In this document: positions 19,587-34,348 of the stretch, in pieces | Numbering within the stretch: the stretch's first letter is position 1 | Layout: the number at the start of each line of letters is the position of its first letter | Origin: an uncultured Chloroflexia bacterium | Lineage (GTDB): Bacteria > Chloroflexota > Limnocylindria > Limnocylindrales > CSP1-4 | Length of the DNA stretch: 64,000 bases | NCBI GenBank assembly: GCA_963741085.1 | Contig: CAVUGM010000006.1 | Location: forward strand, 1,229,144-1,293,143 | Direction: 5' to 3' | Program-made: the position numbers and the translations under genes | Notes under the pieces: generated by a model | The model's input: only the letters and a program-made list of their open reading frames with translations | The model's database searches: none | Told to the model about the DNA's origin: nothing

Positions 19587-21963
19587 CGTCCGCTGGCGCA
19601 AGGTGCTCCGCGACCTTGGCGTCGCCCGGACGCGCACCGTCCTCGTCGTGCTCTCGATCGCGGTCGGCGTCTTCGCGGTCGGGACGATCGCGGGAGCGTC
19701 CACGCTCCTCCAGTCGGGACTCCGCGAGCAGTACCTCGCGAGCAAGCCCGCCAGCGCCACGATCTCGGCAACGCCGTTCGGGCCCGAGCTCGTCGACGCG
19801 GTGCGCCAGGTGCCGGGCGTCGCCGACGCGGAGGCGCGCCGCAGCGTGACCGTCCGGCTGCGAACCGGGCCGGAGACGTACCGCGAGCTCCAGCTGACGG
19901 CGATCACCGACTTCAAGGACCAGCGCCTGGACCTGGTGACTCCTGAACCGGGCGCCGCGTGGCCTCCCCCGCGTGGCGCGATGCTCCTCGAGCGCTCGAG
20001 CCTGACCCTTGCCGACGTTCCCACGGGCAGCGACGTGCAGGTCCTGACGGGCGATGGGAAGCTGCACACGCTCCGCGTGGCTGGGCTCTCGCACGAGGTC
20101 GGCGCCTCGCCGGCCTTCTACGTTGGTCGCCTGCAGGGACACATCACCTTCGACACGCTGGCCCAGCTCGGGTACGGCGCGGCCTTCGACGAGATGCGGA
20201 TCGTGGCCCGTGACCCGACCCTGACGCAGGCCCAGGTGCGCACGCTCGCCGAGACGGTCCGCCAGCGCATGGAGGACGCCGGCGTCAGCGTCATCTACGT
20301 CTTCGTGCCGCCGCCCGGCCAGCACCCGGCGAACAACCTCCTGTCGGGCGTCTTCCTGGTCCTCGGCTTCCTCGGACTCCTGGCGCTCCTGGCGTCGGGC
20401 TTCCTGGTCGTCAACACGGTGAACGCGATCATCGCCCAGCAGACTCGGCAGATCGGGATCATGAAGGCAATCGGCGCCCGCGACCGGCAGATCGCCGTCC
20501 TGTACCTGGGGATGGTGCTGGCCTACGCCGTCCTGGCCTTGTTGGTGGCGCTGCCGCTCGGCGCAGTCGGGGCATATGGCCTGACCGCGTTCACGGCGCA
20601 CCTCGTCAACTTCGACGTGACCGGCTTCGTCGCGCCCCCGAGCGTGATTGCACTGGAGGTGGCGGTCGGGCTTCTCGTGCCTCTCGTGGCGGCGCTCGTC
20701 CCCGTCTGGCGCGGCGTCCGGGTGACGGTGCGGGAGGCGGTCAACAGCACGGGGATCGCCGACGCCTTCGGCCGGAGCCGTCTCGACCGCGCCTTGCAGC
20801 GCATCCGCGGCTTCTCCCGCCCGACGCTGCTCTCCCTCCGCAACACCTTCCGGCGCAAGTCGCGGCTCGCCCTGACCCTTTCGGCCCTGACCCTGAGCGC
20901 GGCGGTCTTCATGGCCGTCTTCACCGTCCGGGCGTCACTCAATCGGACCCTCGACGATGCGCTCGGCTACTTCGACTATGACGTCCAGGTGGAGCTGGCG
21001 GCGCCGGCCCGGGCGGATCTCCTCGAGCGCGAGGCCATGCGGGTCCCAGGGGTCACGGCGGCAGAGGCGTGGCGCTTTGCCACCACCCAACGGATTCGCG
21101 GCGACGGAACCGAGAGCCGGTCGTTCATCACGTTCGGCCTGCCGACCACGACCACGATGGTCCGGCCGAAGCTCCAGGAGGGCCGCTGGCTCGGGCCGGG
21201 CGACGGCAACGCCCTGGTGGCGACCGCCAACGTCCGCGACGACGAGCCCGACCTCCAGGTCGGCGACCGGCTCACCATGCGGGTGAACGGGCGCGACTCG
21301 ACCTGGACCCTCGTGGGGATCGTCGAGTCGCCGACGCAGCGGCCCTTCCTGTACGCCAACGCGGGGCCCCTCGAGCAGGCCGGTCGGGCCGTCGGCCGGG
21401 CCAGCCTGGTGATGCTTCGAACCGCGCCCCGCGACGCGGCAACCGAGGACCGGGTCGGCAAGGCCGCCGCCGACCACCTCCGGTCGGTCGGCGTGCAGGT
21501 GGCCGCCACGACCACCATCGCCGAGGTGAGGACGACGCAGGAGCGCCTCTTCGACGTCCTGGTCATCTTCCTGTCGACGATGGCGCTCCTCCTCGGCGTG
21601 GTCGGCGGCCTCGGCCTGGCCGGGACGATGAGCATCAACGTCGTTGAACGGGCGCGGGAGATCGGCGTGATCCGCGCTGTCGGCGCCTCGGACGGGGCGG
21701 TCCTGCGCCTCTTCCTCACCGAAGGCCTGTTGATCGGCCTGATGTCGTGGGCCCTCGGCGCGGTTCTCGCGATCCCGATCAGCAGGACGCTGTCCGACGC
21801 CCTCGGGATCGTCTTCCTGTCTCGTCCGCTCTCGTACGCGGTGAGCGCGGACGGCGTCGTGCTGTGGCTTGGCATCGTGCTCGCGCTGGCCGCGGCTGCC
21901 AGCCTGCTCCCGGCGTGGCGTGCCTCGCGCCTCGCGGTGCGCGAGGTCCTTGCATACGAATGA
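19579..21963 (+). CDS. ABC transporter permease, FtsX-like, duplicated module
   Basis: GTG 19579 overlaps the ATPase stop. The N-terminus is [32 protein letters not shown]. There are two FtsX-type 4-TM blocks; the second ends ...[33 protein letters not shown]. The frame is intact over 2.4 kb. Confidence 0.85.
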   Translation: MPSVRWRKVLRDLGVARTRTVLVVLSIAVGVFAVGTIAGASTLLQSGLREQYLASKPASATISATPFGPELVDAVRQVPGVADAEARRSVTVRLRTGPETYRELQLTAITDFKDQRLDLVTPEPGAAWPPPRGAMLLERSSLTLADVPTGSDVQVLTGDGKLHTLRVAGLSHEVGASPAFYVGRLQGHITFDTLAQLGYGAAFDEMRIVARDPTLTQAQVRTLAETVRQRMEDAGVSVIYVFVPPPGQHPANNLLSGVFLVLGFLGLLALLASGFLVVNTVNAIIAQQTRQIGIMKAIGARDRQIAVLYLGMVLAYAVLALLVALPLGAVGAYGLTAFTAHLVNFDVTGFVAPPSVIALEVAVGLLVPLVAALVPVWRGVRVTVREAVNSTGIADAFGRSRLDRALQRIRGFSRPTLLSLRNTFRRKSRLALTLSALTLSAAVFMAVFTVRASLNRTLDDALGYFDYDVQVELAAPARADLLEREAMRVPGVTAAEAWRFATTQRIRGDGTESRSFITFGLPTTTTMVRPKLQEGRWLGPGDGNALVATANVRDDEPDLQVGDRLTMRVNGRDSTWTLVGIVESPTQRPFLYANAGPLEQAGRAVGRASLVMLRTAPRDAATEDRVGKAAADHLRSVGVQVAATTTIAEVRTTQERLFDVLVIFLSTMALLLGVVGGLGLAGTMSINVVERAREIGVIRAVGASDGAVLRLFLTEGLLIGLMSWALGAVLAIPISRTLSDALGIVFLSRPLSYAVSADGVVLWLGIVLALAAAASLLPAWRASRLAVREVLAYE

Positions 21964-22013
21964 CCGATCCATCCTCCCTCACGACCTTGTCTCCCGCTCC
22001 CGGAAGGAGTCCC

Positions 22014-25503
<3,490 letters not shown>

Positions 25504-25507
<4 letters not shown>

Positions 25508-27156
25508 GTCCCGGCCTCCTCGCTCGGGGCAGCCCCGCCGCCCGGCGTTCCATCGCCCGCATGATCTCGCCAGCCGGCCGCCTCGCGCAGCCGGCCGACC
25601 ACGAACGCCGCATCGAGGCTGGCCAGGAGCCAGCCCGCGCGCGGTCCGTTCGGGCGTCCCAGGAAGGCGAGGTAGAGGGCGCCGAATGCGCGGCCGGGGG
25701 CCAGCCCCGCCTCGCCGGCGACCCGGAAGAGGAGCGTCTGCCAGGCGTCGCCGCCGCGCGGCTGCTCGTGCTCCGCGGCGATCGCGAGACCGCCGAGGAA
25801 GACGCGCTGGTCCTCGCCGAGCGCGATCGCCTCCGGCGGCAGCTCGTCGCGCTGGACCTGGACGATGGCGCTCTCCGGCGCGTAGGAGGCCAGCCAGGCG
25901 CGCACGGCCGCCAGCCGCTCGGCCAGCGCGAGGTCCTCAGCAGTCGTGAGGGGCGCGCCCTTCTCCTCGGCGACGCGCGCGGCCAGGTCGACGCCCGGGA
26001 TCTGGGCAAGGAGCGCGAGATGGGCGAAGGCGGGTCGGTAGACCTCCGCCGCTGCGGCGGCGTCGGTCCCCGCGAGCAGGACGTAACCGAAGAGGCGCTC
26101 CGGGTCCGACGGGCAGCTCGCCGCGGAACGGGCGGCCGGCCACGGCCGCTGCGAGGCGGTCGAGCTCGTCGAAGAGGCGCGGGATCGCGTCGGTCCCCTC
26201 CGGGTCGAACTCGATCGCCTGGTTCGGGCCGCGGGCGCAGGAACAGGAGGCGCAGCGGCTCCGGCGGCACGGCCTCGGCCATCGTGTGAGCCGACGCGCC
26301 GCGTCCCTTCGAGGTGGACATCTTGCGGCCGCCGATGTTGAGGAACTCGTACGGGAAGTTGAGTGGCGGCTCGCGGTCGAAGACCTCCCGGGCGATGGCG
26401 TCGGCTCGGTCGCGCGACCCACCTGCCGTGGCGAGGTCCTTGCCGCAGGGCTCGATCGTCACCCCGAGGATGCTCCACTGGGCAGCCCACTCGAGGTTCC
26501 AGTAGAGCTTGGCGTTCCCGCCGAACGGCGAGACCCGCCCGGCGAATCCGCATCCGCGAGCCCACGTGACGTAGTCTGGCCGGCACTCGACGCGCACGGT
26601 CTCGCCGTCCCAGTCCAGCGCGAGCGTGGTGCCGACCTTGCCGCAGGCGGGACAGATGGCCTGGACCGGGAGCCAGCCCGCCGGCCGCTCGACCTTCGAG
26701 ACCCGCCGATAGACGTCGCGCACGACCTGCGCCCGGTCCAGCGCCGTCCGGATGAACGGGTCGATCTCGCCGGTCGGGTAGATGTCGCTCATCCAGTAGT
26801 AGCGGTCGGGGTGGATCCCGAGGCCGGCGAACGACGTCGATGAAGGTCCCGGCGTGGTGGCGGGCATACGAGGCGTGGCAGTTGCCGGCCTGGTCGGGCA
26901 CGTGCGCCAGCGGCCGACCCATCTCGTGGTCCACCGCGTCGGGCGTCAGGAGCGCCTGGGCGTCCATCGGGTCCATGTCGTCGACGCCGTACAGCAACGT
27001 CGTCGGCAGGTCGCGGTCGCGCAGGGCGCGGGCGATGACGTCGAGGATGACCGGGCCGCGGAGGCTCCCGACGTGGACCGTGCCGGACGGCGTCTTCGAG
27101 TCGTTGACGACCTGCGGCCCCTCGACCGACGCCGCCAGCTCGTCCGCCCAGTACAT
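25504..27156 (-). CDS. lysS: lysyl-tRNA synthetase, class I type (at least 3 frame switches in this sequence)
   Basis: SKTPSGTVHVGSLRGPVILDVIARAL (HIGH-like) is in ORF 25504..27156. NFPYEFLNIGGRKMSTSKGRG (KMSKS-like) is in ORF 25374..26867. A further piece is in ORF 25937..26422. The C-terminus returns to the first frame. The stop overlaps the serS ATG (ATGA). Confidence 0.85.
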
Positions 27157-27233
27157 CGGTGCGTCCTCCGCTCCGGGTCCGCCGGGCCGGGTGGCGGCAC
27201 CGGCCGCCCGCCCCGGTCCGTCCGGGCGGGCGA

Positions 27234-27692
27234 TCAGCTGATCGACTTGATCGTGTAGCCGAAGTCGCTCCCGTTCGGGAGCTTGACGATGACCGACTCG
27301 CCGGCCTTCCGTCCGAGCAGCGCGCGACCGACCGGCGACTCGTTGGAGATCTTCGAGTCCGCGGGCCGCGCCTCGGCCGACCCGACGATGCTGAAGGTCT
27401 CCTCGCCGTCGATCGAGTCGACCGTCACGGTCGAGCCGAGGGCGACGTGCTCGGTCCCGCTGTTCTCGATGATCACGGCCGTCTTGAGCATGCCCTCGAG
27501 CGTCTGGATCCGGCCTTCGACGAAGGCCTGCTCGTTCTTGGCCTCTTCGTACTCCGCGTTCTCGGAGAGGTCGCCGTGCTCCTTTGCGTCGTGGATGCGC
27601 GCGGCGACCTCGGAACGGCGGACGTTGACGAGCTCTCCGAGCTCGGCTCGCAGCGCTGCCTCGCCTTCGCGCGAGAGGTAGGTGGGCTTCAT
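27234..27692 (-). CDS. greA: transcription elongation factor GreA
   Basis: From ATG 27692: MKPTYLSREGEAALRAELGELVNVRRSEVAARIHDAKEHGDLSENAEYEEAKNEQAFVEGRI...ISNESPVGRALLGRKAGE. The ORF-track start at 27860 is probably too far upstream. Confidence 0.95.
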   Translation of the reverse strand: MKPTYLSREGEAALRAELGELVNVRRSEVAARIHDAKEHGDLSENAEYEEAKNEQAFVEGRIQTLEGMLKTAVIIENSGTEHVALGSTVTVDSIDGEETFSIVGSAEARPADSKISNESPVGRALLGRKAGESVIVKLPNGSDFGYTIKSIS

Positions 27693-27941
27693 GTTCACGA
27701 AGGAGCGAACCCCCGGATCGAATTTGCCGCCCTGCGGGCGTCGGCGACGCTTGCGCGGCGGGACAGGTGGCCGATAACGAAACGAACCCCGGGTGCTCCC
27801 GCGGGGGCGCCCGAAGTCCGACCGGCGCGGATCATAGCCCCGCCCATCGCCGAGTGTCAAAGCGCAGCGCGTGCCGAGTCGGAACAGGCGACTCGCATCC
27901 GCCGACCTGCGCCCCGGCGCGCGCCTCTGGGGCCCGTTGCC

Positions 27942-28295
27942 TCAGAGCGCGGCAGGGGCGCCGAAGCCGAGGAAGCGCCCTTCCCCATCGCGCTGGACCG
28001 CTCGGACACGGAGCACGGCGTCGCGGCGAAGCGGGCCGTACACGTGCGGGTAGGGGCTGTCGGGTTCGTCGTAGCGCCAGGGGGCGCCCGCGAGGCCAAG
28101 GTCGACGTCGGCGACCACGAACGGGCCGGGCTGCGCCGCGTAGTAGCGGTTGGCCACGACGAGCATCTCCGCGTCACCGTCCGTGCAGTGGACGAAACCG
28201 TCCTCCTCGAACCCCGCCGGCCTGTATGGCGCGCCCGGGTCCGCGACGGCGCGCCACGCCTCCCAGCGGGTCGCCGGCATGAGGTGGAGCGTCAC
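27942..28295 (-). CDS. DUF952 domain (in frame with the upstream amidohydrolase, no intervening stop)
   Basis: Translation from GTG 28295 is VTLHLMPATRWEAW...YRPAGFEEDGFVHCTDGDAEMLVVANRYY...PWRYDEPDSPYPHVYGPL, which matches the DUF952 pattern as I recall it. Confidence 0.65.
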   Translation of the reverse strand: MTLHLMPATRWEAWRAVADPGAPYRPAGFEEDGFVHCTDGDAEMLVVANRYYAAQPGPFVVADVDLGLAGAPWRYDEPDSPYPHVYGPLRRDAVLRVRAVQRDGEGRFLGFGAPAAL

Positions 28296-29523
28296 GTGGC
28301 CTCCGGCGCCGCCGGGCAGCTCGCGGAAGAGGAGCCGGCGGGCGTTGCCCGCGTAGACCAGCCGGAGCACCTCGGGCGGCAGCCCCAGGCCGTGGATTCG
28401 CCAGCGCCCCTGGGATCCGGGGGGCGAGTCGGCAACGCCGCCGGTCGCCGACGGGGGGCCGGACCCTTCCCCAGGCTGGGGCGACCGGTACGTCTCGGGC
28501 GAGTCGGGCGGTTCGTACGGGAACGACTCGTCCCGCGTCTCGAGGAAGCGGGCGTAGACGGCCCACCACGCGGGGTCGGGCAGCAGCGTCCGTCCCGAAC
28601 AGGATCCGCGACGGGTCGCGAAGGAGCAGATCGCGGGCCGCGTACGGCTGGCGCCCGAGCTCGGCGATGCGGGCCGCGATGTCCACGTACCAGTTCGGGT
28701 GCGCCGTCGAGCATCGCCCCGACGCGGGCCAGGTCCTCCGGCACGCAGCCGACGTGGGCGCCGATGAAGGTGGTTCCGGGGTGCCGCGCGACGAGTGCCT
28801 CGAGCCCGTCGATCAGCTCGTCGAACGGCGGGAAGCCAGGCAGGTCGGGCCGCCCCCGGCGGTCGCGTCGGCCAGAAGTGCCAGTCGGGGTGCTCGAGCA
28901 GCTCCTCGTAGCGCTCGTTCGACGCGTCGAGCGGGTCGAAGAAGGCGATCGGGTCCGCGACGTGGATCGTCACCGGCAGGCCGAGCTCGGCTGCCGCAGC
29001 CCAGAGCGGGTCCAGTCGCGGGTCGTCGACCGGGACGAGGCGTCCCGACCGGTCGCGCGCGGTCAGGCCCAGCGACTTCCAGACCTTGAGCCCGCGGGCG
29101 CCCGCCGCCACCCCGTCGCGGAGACGCCGCGCCTCCTCGTCACCGAAGTCGGGCCGATCCGCCCACATCGGGTAGTCGAGGCCGGCGAAGACGGCGACGC
29201 GACCAGCCGAGCGGGGCCCAGCGGGCCAGCTCGCGGCGCAGGCGGTCACCCTGGCCACCGTCGAGGTCGACGATCGCGGCGATCGCGGACCCGTCGAGCA
29301 CCGCCTCCAGGTCGGCCGCCCCGGCCGCCGCCCAGCGCCCCGAGAACGGCGTCGGTCCGATGTGGTTGTGGGCGTCGATCGCCGCCGTGGACGGCACGGC
29401 GATCGGCGTCTCCGGGACCCGCAGCCGCTGTCGAGGGCGGAAGTCACGCAGGGCCAGGTCGCGGGCCGCCGGATCAGCCGGCCCACGCCCGCCCGCATCG
29501 CTGTCGGCGGGCTCCCTGGACAC
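28296..29523 (-). CDS. amidohydrolase-2 type metal-dependent hydrolase (at least 4 frame switches in this sequence)
   Basis: GTG 29523 starts ...AAIDAHNHIGP (ORF 29140..30024). GLKVWKSLGL...LGLPVTIHVADP is in ORF 27942..29750. Further pieces are in ORFs 28292..28744 and 28174..28686 (ILFGTD). The frame then returns for ...LRLVYAGNARRLL. Confidence 0.7.
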
Positions 29524-29527
29524 CCGG

Positions 29528-30457
29528 CTATCCCTTGAGGCCCGGACAGGGTGATGCCGCGCACGAAGTACTTCTGGGCGACGATGAAGAGGATGACCAT
29601 CGGCAGGAGGCTCACCAGCGCCCCGGCCATCATCTCCGGCCACTTGCCGACGAACTGGCCCTGGAAGAAGGCCAGGCCGACCGTCGTCGTGTAGGTGGGC
29701 AGGTCTCGCAGGTAGATCAGCGGGTCGAGCAGGTCGTTCCAGCTCCACATGAACTGGAAGATCGCCAGGGTGGCGAGGGCCGGTCGCGCGAGCGGGAACG
29801 TAGACCTTCAGGAAGATCTGCCAGGGGTTGGCGCCGTCGACCCGGGCCGCGTCGGAGAGCTCGGTCGGGATCGTCAGGAAGTACTGGCGCAGCAGGAACG
29901 TTCCGAAGGCGCCGCCGAAGAAGGCCCAGACCCAGAGCGGCAGGTTCGTCCCGATCCAGTTGCCGCTGTCGCTGAACGGCCAGGGCAGGTAGCGGTAGAG
30001 CACGAAGTTCGGCACCAGGACCACCTGGAACGGGATGATCAGGGTGGCCAGGATCAGCGCGAAGAGGATCCGCTTGCCGGGGAACGTCGAGGACGGCGAA
30101 GGCGTAGGCGGCCATCGCGCAGGTCACCAGCTGGCCGGCCGTCGCCAGCGAGGCGATGACGATCGAGTTCTGGAAGAAGGTCCCGAAGGTGACGCCCGGG
30201 AGGGCGAACCACATGTTCGTGTAGTTCTCCCAGTGGAGGCCGGTCGGGAAGGTGAACGGCGCGCTGGAGAAGACCTCGGCACGGGTCTTGAGCGAGGTCG
30301 AGAGCATCCACAGGAACGGGATCATCATCGCCACGCCGCCGACGATCAGCGCCGCGTAGACGGCTGCCTTACGGGTCCACCGCCGAAGGCGTCGGCCTCT
30401 TCGATGGTCGTCCCGCAGGCCGACACCCGGCGGCATGACGGCAGCCCGGGAGCTCAT
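29528..30457 (-). CDS. carbohydrate ABC transporter permease (MalG-like; at least 3 frame switches)
   Basis: MIPFLWMLSTSLK is in ORF 29717..30457. The EAA loop ELSDAARVDGANPWQIFLKV is in ORF 29140..30024. WNDLLDPLIYL...LLPMVILFIVAQKYFVRGITLSG is in ORF 27942..29750. A 1-nt slip precedes the likely LKG-stop at 29528. Confidence 0.85.
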
Positions 30458-30467
30458 CGCGCCGCCC

Positions 30468-31406
30468 TCACTGGTAGTGCACCCAGCGATCCTGGGTCCG
30501 GAAGTAGAGCAGCGTGAAGACGGCCACGATCAGGAAGAGGATCCACGAGGCGGCGCCGGCGTAGCCCATCTTGAAGTTGCGGAAGCCGTTCTCGTAGATG
30601 AAGTAGACGAGGGTGATCGTCGCCTCGCCGGGCTTGCCCGGGTTGGCCATCACGTAGACCTGGTCGAAGACCTGGAACGCCCCGATGAGGGCCAGGATCC
30701 CGGTGAAGAAGATCGAGGGCGTGAGGAGCGGCAGGGTGACCGACCGGAAGCGGGCCCGCCGGCCCGCCCCGTCGACGCTGGCGGCGTCGTAGTACTCGGA
30801 GGGGATCGCCTGGAGGCCGGCCAGGAAGATGATCACGTTGGCCGGCAGCCCCTGCCAGATGCTCATGGCGATGATCGAGGGCATCGCCAGGGTCGGGTCC
30901 GAGATCCAGCGCTGCGGCGGGATGCCGACCGACACGAGGAGATGGTTGAGGAGGCCGGTCGGGCTGTAGATCCAGAGCCAGACGATGGCGATCGCCGTCG
31001 CCGAGGTCACGAGCGGCAGGAAGTAGGCGGTGCGGATCCAGGCGATCCCGCGGATCGCCCGGTTGAGCGCCGTCGCCAGGCCGAGCGCCAGGGCCAGGCC
31101 CAGCGGCACCGAGACGAGCGTGTAGAAGAACGTGTTCCGCAGGGCCTTGAGGAAGCGCTCGTCGCTCAGGAGCGCGACGTAGTTGTCGAGCCCGACGAAC
31201 TTCGGCGGCGTCAGCATGTCCCACTGCGTGAGGCTGATCCCGAGCGTGGCCAGGATCGGCCCGGCGGAGAGGACCGCCAGGCCGATCAGGGTGGGCGCGA
31301 GGAACAGGAGCGCCCAGCGGGCCTCTCCGCGGCGCGGGCCGCCAGGGGCTCGGGATCGGCCGCGCGGGCCCGCCGGCGTGCGCCGGCGGCCCGCGAGCGA
31401 CGTCAC
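30468..31406 (-). CDS. carbohydrate ABC transporter permease (MalF-like)
   Basis: GTG 31406 overlaps the binding-protein stop (GTGA). The frame is intact: WALLFLAPTLIGLAVLSAGPIL...EYYDAASVDGAGRRARFRSVTLPLL (EAA motif). Confidence 0.9.
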   Translation of the reverse strand: MTSLAGRRRTPAGPRGRSRAPGGPRRGEARWALLFLAPTLIGLAVLSAGPILATLGISLTQWDMLTPPKFVGLDNYVALLSDERFLKALRNTFFYTLVSVPLGLALALGLATALNRAIRGIAWIRTAYFLPLVTSATAIAIVWLWIYSPTGLLNHLLVSVGIPPQRWISDPTLAMPSIIAMSIWQGLPANVIIFLAGLQAIPSEYYDAASVDGAGRRARFRSVTLPLLTPSIFFTGILALIGAFQVFDQVYVMANPGKPGEATITLVYFIYENGFRNFKMGYAGAASWILFLIVAVFTLLYFRTQDRWVHYQ

Positions 31407-32839
31407 GCCGCGGCGCCGGCTGGGGCCGGTCGGGCGGCCTCGATCACTGGGGCCAGCAGCTTGTCGAGCTTCGGCGTGACCTCGTCGAGGGCGGCCTTGG
31501 CCGTCAGCGTGTTGTCGTTGAAGACCTTCGAGTCGAGCTCGTCCTGGAGCGTGGTGCTGAACTCGTTGTAGCCCTTGAACGACGGCTTGAGGTGAGCGTA
31601 GGCGAGCGCTTCGGCGAACGTCTTGCCGCCGTCGAAGGAGGTCGCGTACTGCTCGGTGAGCACCTGCTTGTTGGCCGGCATCGACGCCTTCAGGCTGGCG
31701 ATCATCGCCTGCAGCTCGGGTCCCGTGTAGCACTTCACGAACTCCCAGGCGGCGTCCGGGGCCTTGGTCCCCTTGGAGACGACGACGCCGCTGGGGTTGA
31801 CCGACGTCGCCTGGCCCGCCGCCCCCTTGGGGAGCGGGGCGACGCCGAAGTCGATCCCGGCGGCCTGGTGGGTCGGGACGAGCCACGAGCCGTTGGCCTC
31901 CATGGCGGCCTGTCCGTTCTCGAAGGCGTCGCCGGAGGCCGCCGGGGTCCGGCTGCTGCATCACCTTGTCCTTGTAGATGAGGTCCTGCAGGAACTGGAT
32001 CCCGGCCGCGGCTTCGGGGGAGTCGATGACGACCTTCGTCTTGTCGGCGCTCAGGATGTCGCCGCCGGCCTGCCAGACGAGCGACGACCAGTAGTTCTCC
32101 ATGTCCGACGTCTCGGTGTAGAAGCCCCACTGCGAGGTGGTCCCGCCTGAGGTGATCGTGAGCTTCTTGGCGACCTCGACGAGCTTCGCCCAGTCCCAGC
32201 TGGCGTCCGGGTAGGGAAGGCTGGCCGCGTCGAACATCTTCTTGTTGTAGAAGAGGGCGATCGTGTTCAGGTCACGGGGCAGGCCGTACATGTGGCCGTC
32301 GGCGCCCACGAAGTCCTTGACGGCAAGGTCGGCCAGCTGGCCCGTGTCGAAGCCGTCGCGGGTGATGAGCGGGGTCAGGTCGAGCAGCTGGTCGCGGGTC
32401 TGGTAGTCGGGGTAGAGCGGCCCGTCCATCAGGAAGACGTCGGGGGCGTTGCCGCCGGCGAGCGAGGTCTGGAGCTTGTCCCAGTAGGTGGTCCAGTCGG
32501 AAACGGTGACCTTGACGGTGATCGACGGGTTCTTGGCGTGGAACGCGTCGACGATCTTCTGCTGGTTGGCGAGCTCGGTCGTGTCACCCCACATCGCGTA
32601 GTTGATCGTCGCCGGCGGGCCGGCGTAGCTGCCGCAGGCGGCGGCCGGGTTCGCCGACGGGGCGGCCGAGGCGCTCGGGAGCCGCCGAGGGCGCGCGTCG
32701 ACGGGACCACCGCGGCCGACGATTCCGGCGTGGGCGCCGGCGTCGGGCTCGCGCCGGCGGCGCACGCCCCCACGACGAGTGTGGCGGTTGCCACGACGGC
32801 CAGGAGGCGTGCTCCCGGCGATGCTCGGAACGTGCGCAT
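31403..32839 (-). CDS. sugar ABC transporter substrate-binding lipoprotein (2 frame switches)
   Basis: The lipoprotein signal MRTFRASPGARLLAVVATATLVVGAC is in ORF 32429..32839. The body INYAMWGDTTELANQQKIVDAFHAKNPSITVKV... is in the frame of ORF 30468..32765. The C-terminal third is in ORF 31403..31903. Confidence 0.85.
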
Positions 32840-32861
32840 GGCTGCTCCTCCTCGAGCTTGC

Positions 32862-34172
32862 CTACCAGTCGGGTCCGCTGCCGCCCAGCCAACCGGGCAG
32901 CCATTCCGCCTCCGCGGCGATCAGCTCGTCGGTCATCCGCCAGGCCTCGTCGAGCGAGAGGGCGGCCTGGACCTGGGGATCGGTGAGCACGGCGTGATAG
33001 ACGAGGTCGCGATCCTCCATCAGGGTCGCGGCCACCGTCAGCTCCTGGCAGTCGACCGCGGGCCGCGTGTACGCGGCGCACTGCGGCGGCAGCGCGTCGA
33101 CGGCGATGGGGTGGACGCCGAGGCCGTCGACAAGCGCGGGCACCTCGACGCAGGCACCCGCGGACAGGTTCGGGACCAGGCGCGCGTCCACGTTGGGCAG
33201 GTTGGCAACGATGCGAGCCGGCTCGCCCGACGTCATGGCATGCACGATCACCGCCGCGTACTCGCCGCTGCGCTCGATCTCGAACGGCTCGCCGGCGTCG
33301 AGCCGCCGCTTCGTCTCCTCGTACTCCGCGAGGTTGTTGGCCACTCGCGACAGGTACTCGCCGATGGGGATGCGGAACGGCTCCACCTGGCCCTTGGGGA
33401 TGTACCACGGGTTGTACTCGGCGTGGTGCTCCGACGATTCCGTCGGGTAGAAGCCGAAGCGCCGGAACAGGTCGGCCCGGACGAGATCGTCGTCGGGCAC
33501 GCGCCCGGACTTGACGAACGCGTGGAGGGCCGGGTAGAGGTCGGTGCCGCGATGCTCGAGGCGCAGGATCCAGGCCAGGTGGTTGACCCCGGCGGAGAGC
33601 GCGTCGAGCTCCTCGAACGGCACCTCGAGGTAGCCCGCCAGCCTGTGGACGGTCCAGTACACCGAGTGGCAGAGGCCGACGGTCCGGATCCCGACCGCCT
33701 CGTCGACCGCCTTCACGAGCATTCCCATCGGGTTGGTGTAGTTCAGGAGCGTCGCCTCGGGGCAGGCTTCGGCCATGTCGGCGGCGATGCCGAGCACGAC
33801 CGGGATGCTCCGCAGGCCGCGCAGGACGCCGCCCACGTTGATGGTGTCGTTGATCGTGTAGCGCAGGCCATGGCGAGCCGGGATGTCGAAGTCGACCTGC
33901 GTGGCGCGGGCACCCCCGACCTGGATCGTGTTCACCACGTAGTCGGCGCCCGCCAGCGCCTCCATCCGGTCGAGGCTGCCGCGGATGGTGGGCGCCGCAC
34001 CCAGGGCGGCGGCGGTCCAGCGGGCCATCCGCTCGGCCGTCGCGAGGCGGTCGCCGTCGATGTCATGGAGGACGATCTCCGCGTCGGCGAGCTCCGGGTA
34101 GGAGAGGAAGTCGCCCAGCAGGTTGCGCGTGAACTCGACGCTGCCGGCACCGACGAGGACGATCCGAGGCAT
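32862..34172 (-). CDS. glycoside hydrolase family 4 (alpha-glucosidase/alpha-galactosidase type, NAD/Mn-dependent)
   Basis: Intact 436-aa ORF. It has the N-terminal Rossmann MPRIVLVGAGSVEFTRNLL and LNYTNPMGMLV...VGLCHSV, typical of GH4. Confidence 0.9.
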   Translation of the reverse strand: MPRIVLVGAGSVEFTRNLLGDFLSYPELADAEIVLHDIDGDRLATAERMARWTAAALGAAPTIRGSLDRMEALAGADYVVNTIQVGGARATQVDFDIPARHGLRYTINDTINVGGVLRGLRSIPVVLGIAADMAEACPEATLLNYTNPMGMLVKAVDEAVGIRTVGLCHSVYWTVHRLAGYLEVPFEELDALSAGVNHLAWILRLEHRGTDLYPALHAFVKSGRVPDDDLVRADLFRRFGFYPTESSEHHAEYNPWYIPKGQVEPFRIPIGEYLSRVANNLAEYEETKRRLDAGEPFEIERSGEYAAVIVHAMTSGEPARIVANLPNVDARLVPNLSAGACVEVPALVDGLGVHPIAVDALPPQCAAYTRPAVDCQELTVAATLMEDRDLVYHAVLTDPQVQAALSLDEAWRMTDELIAAEAEWLPGWLGGSGPDW

Positions 34173-34348
34173 CTAGCCCTCCGAGGCGGCGTCGCGGACG
34201 CCCACGATACGGCGCAGCTCCCGGCTGCGGTTTCGCCCGGCCCAGCCCGGGCGTTCGGCGTCGCGGCCCAGCCGGCGGGCGAGAAGGAGGGCGATGGGGG
34301 TTGAGGGGCCGGGACGCAGGCGGAGCGCGGCGGGAACGACGCTCCTGA

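Noticed and set aside
27159-29975. 938-aa plus-strand ORF
   Set aside because: It is antisense to greA, DUF952, the amidohydrolase and the MalG-like permease. It has no motifs and an Arg/Pro/Gly-rich composition.
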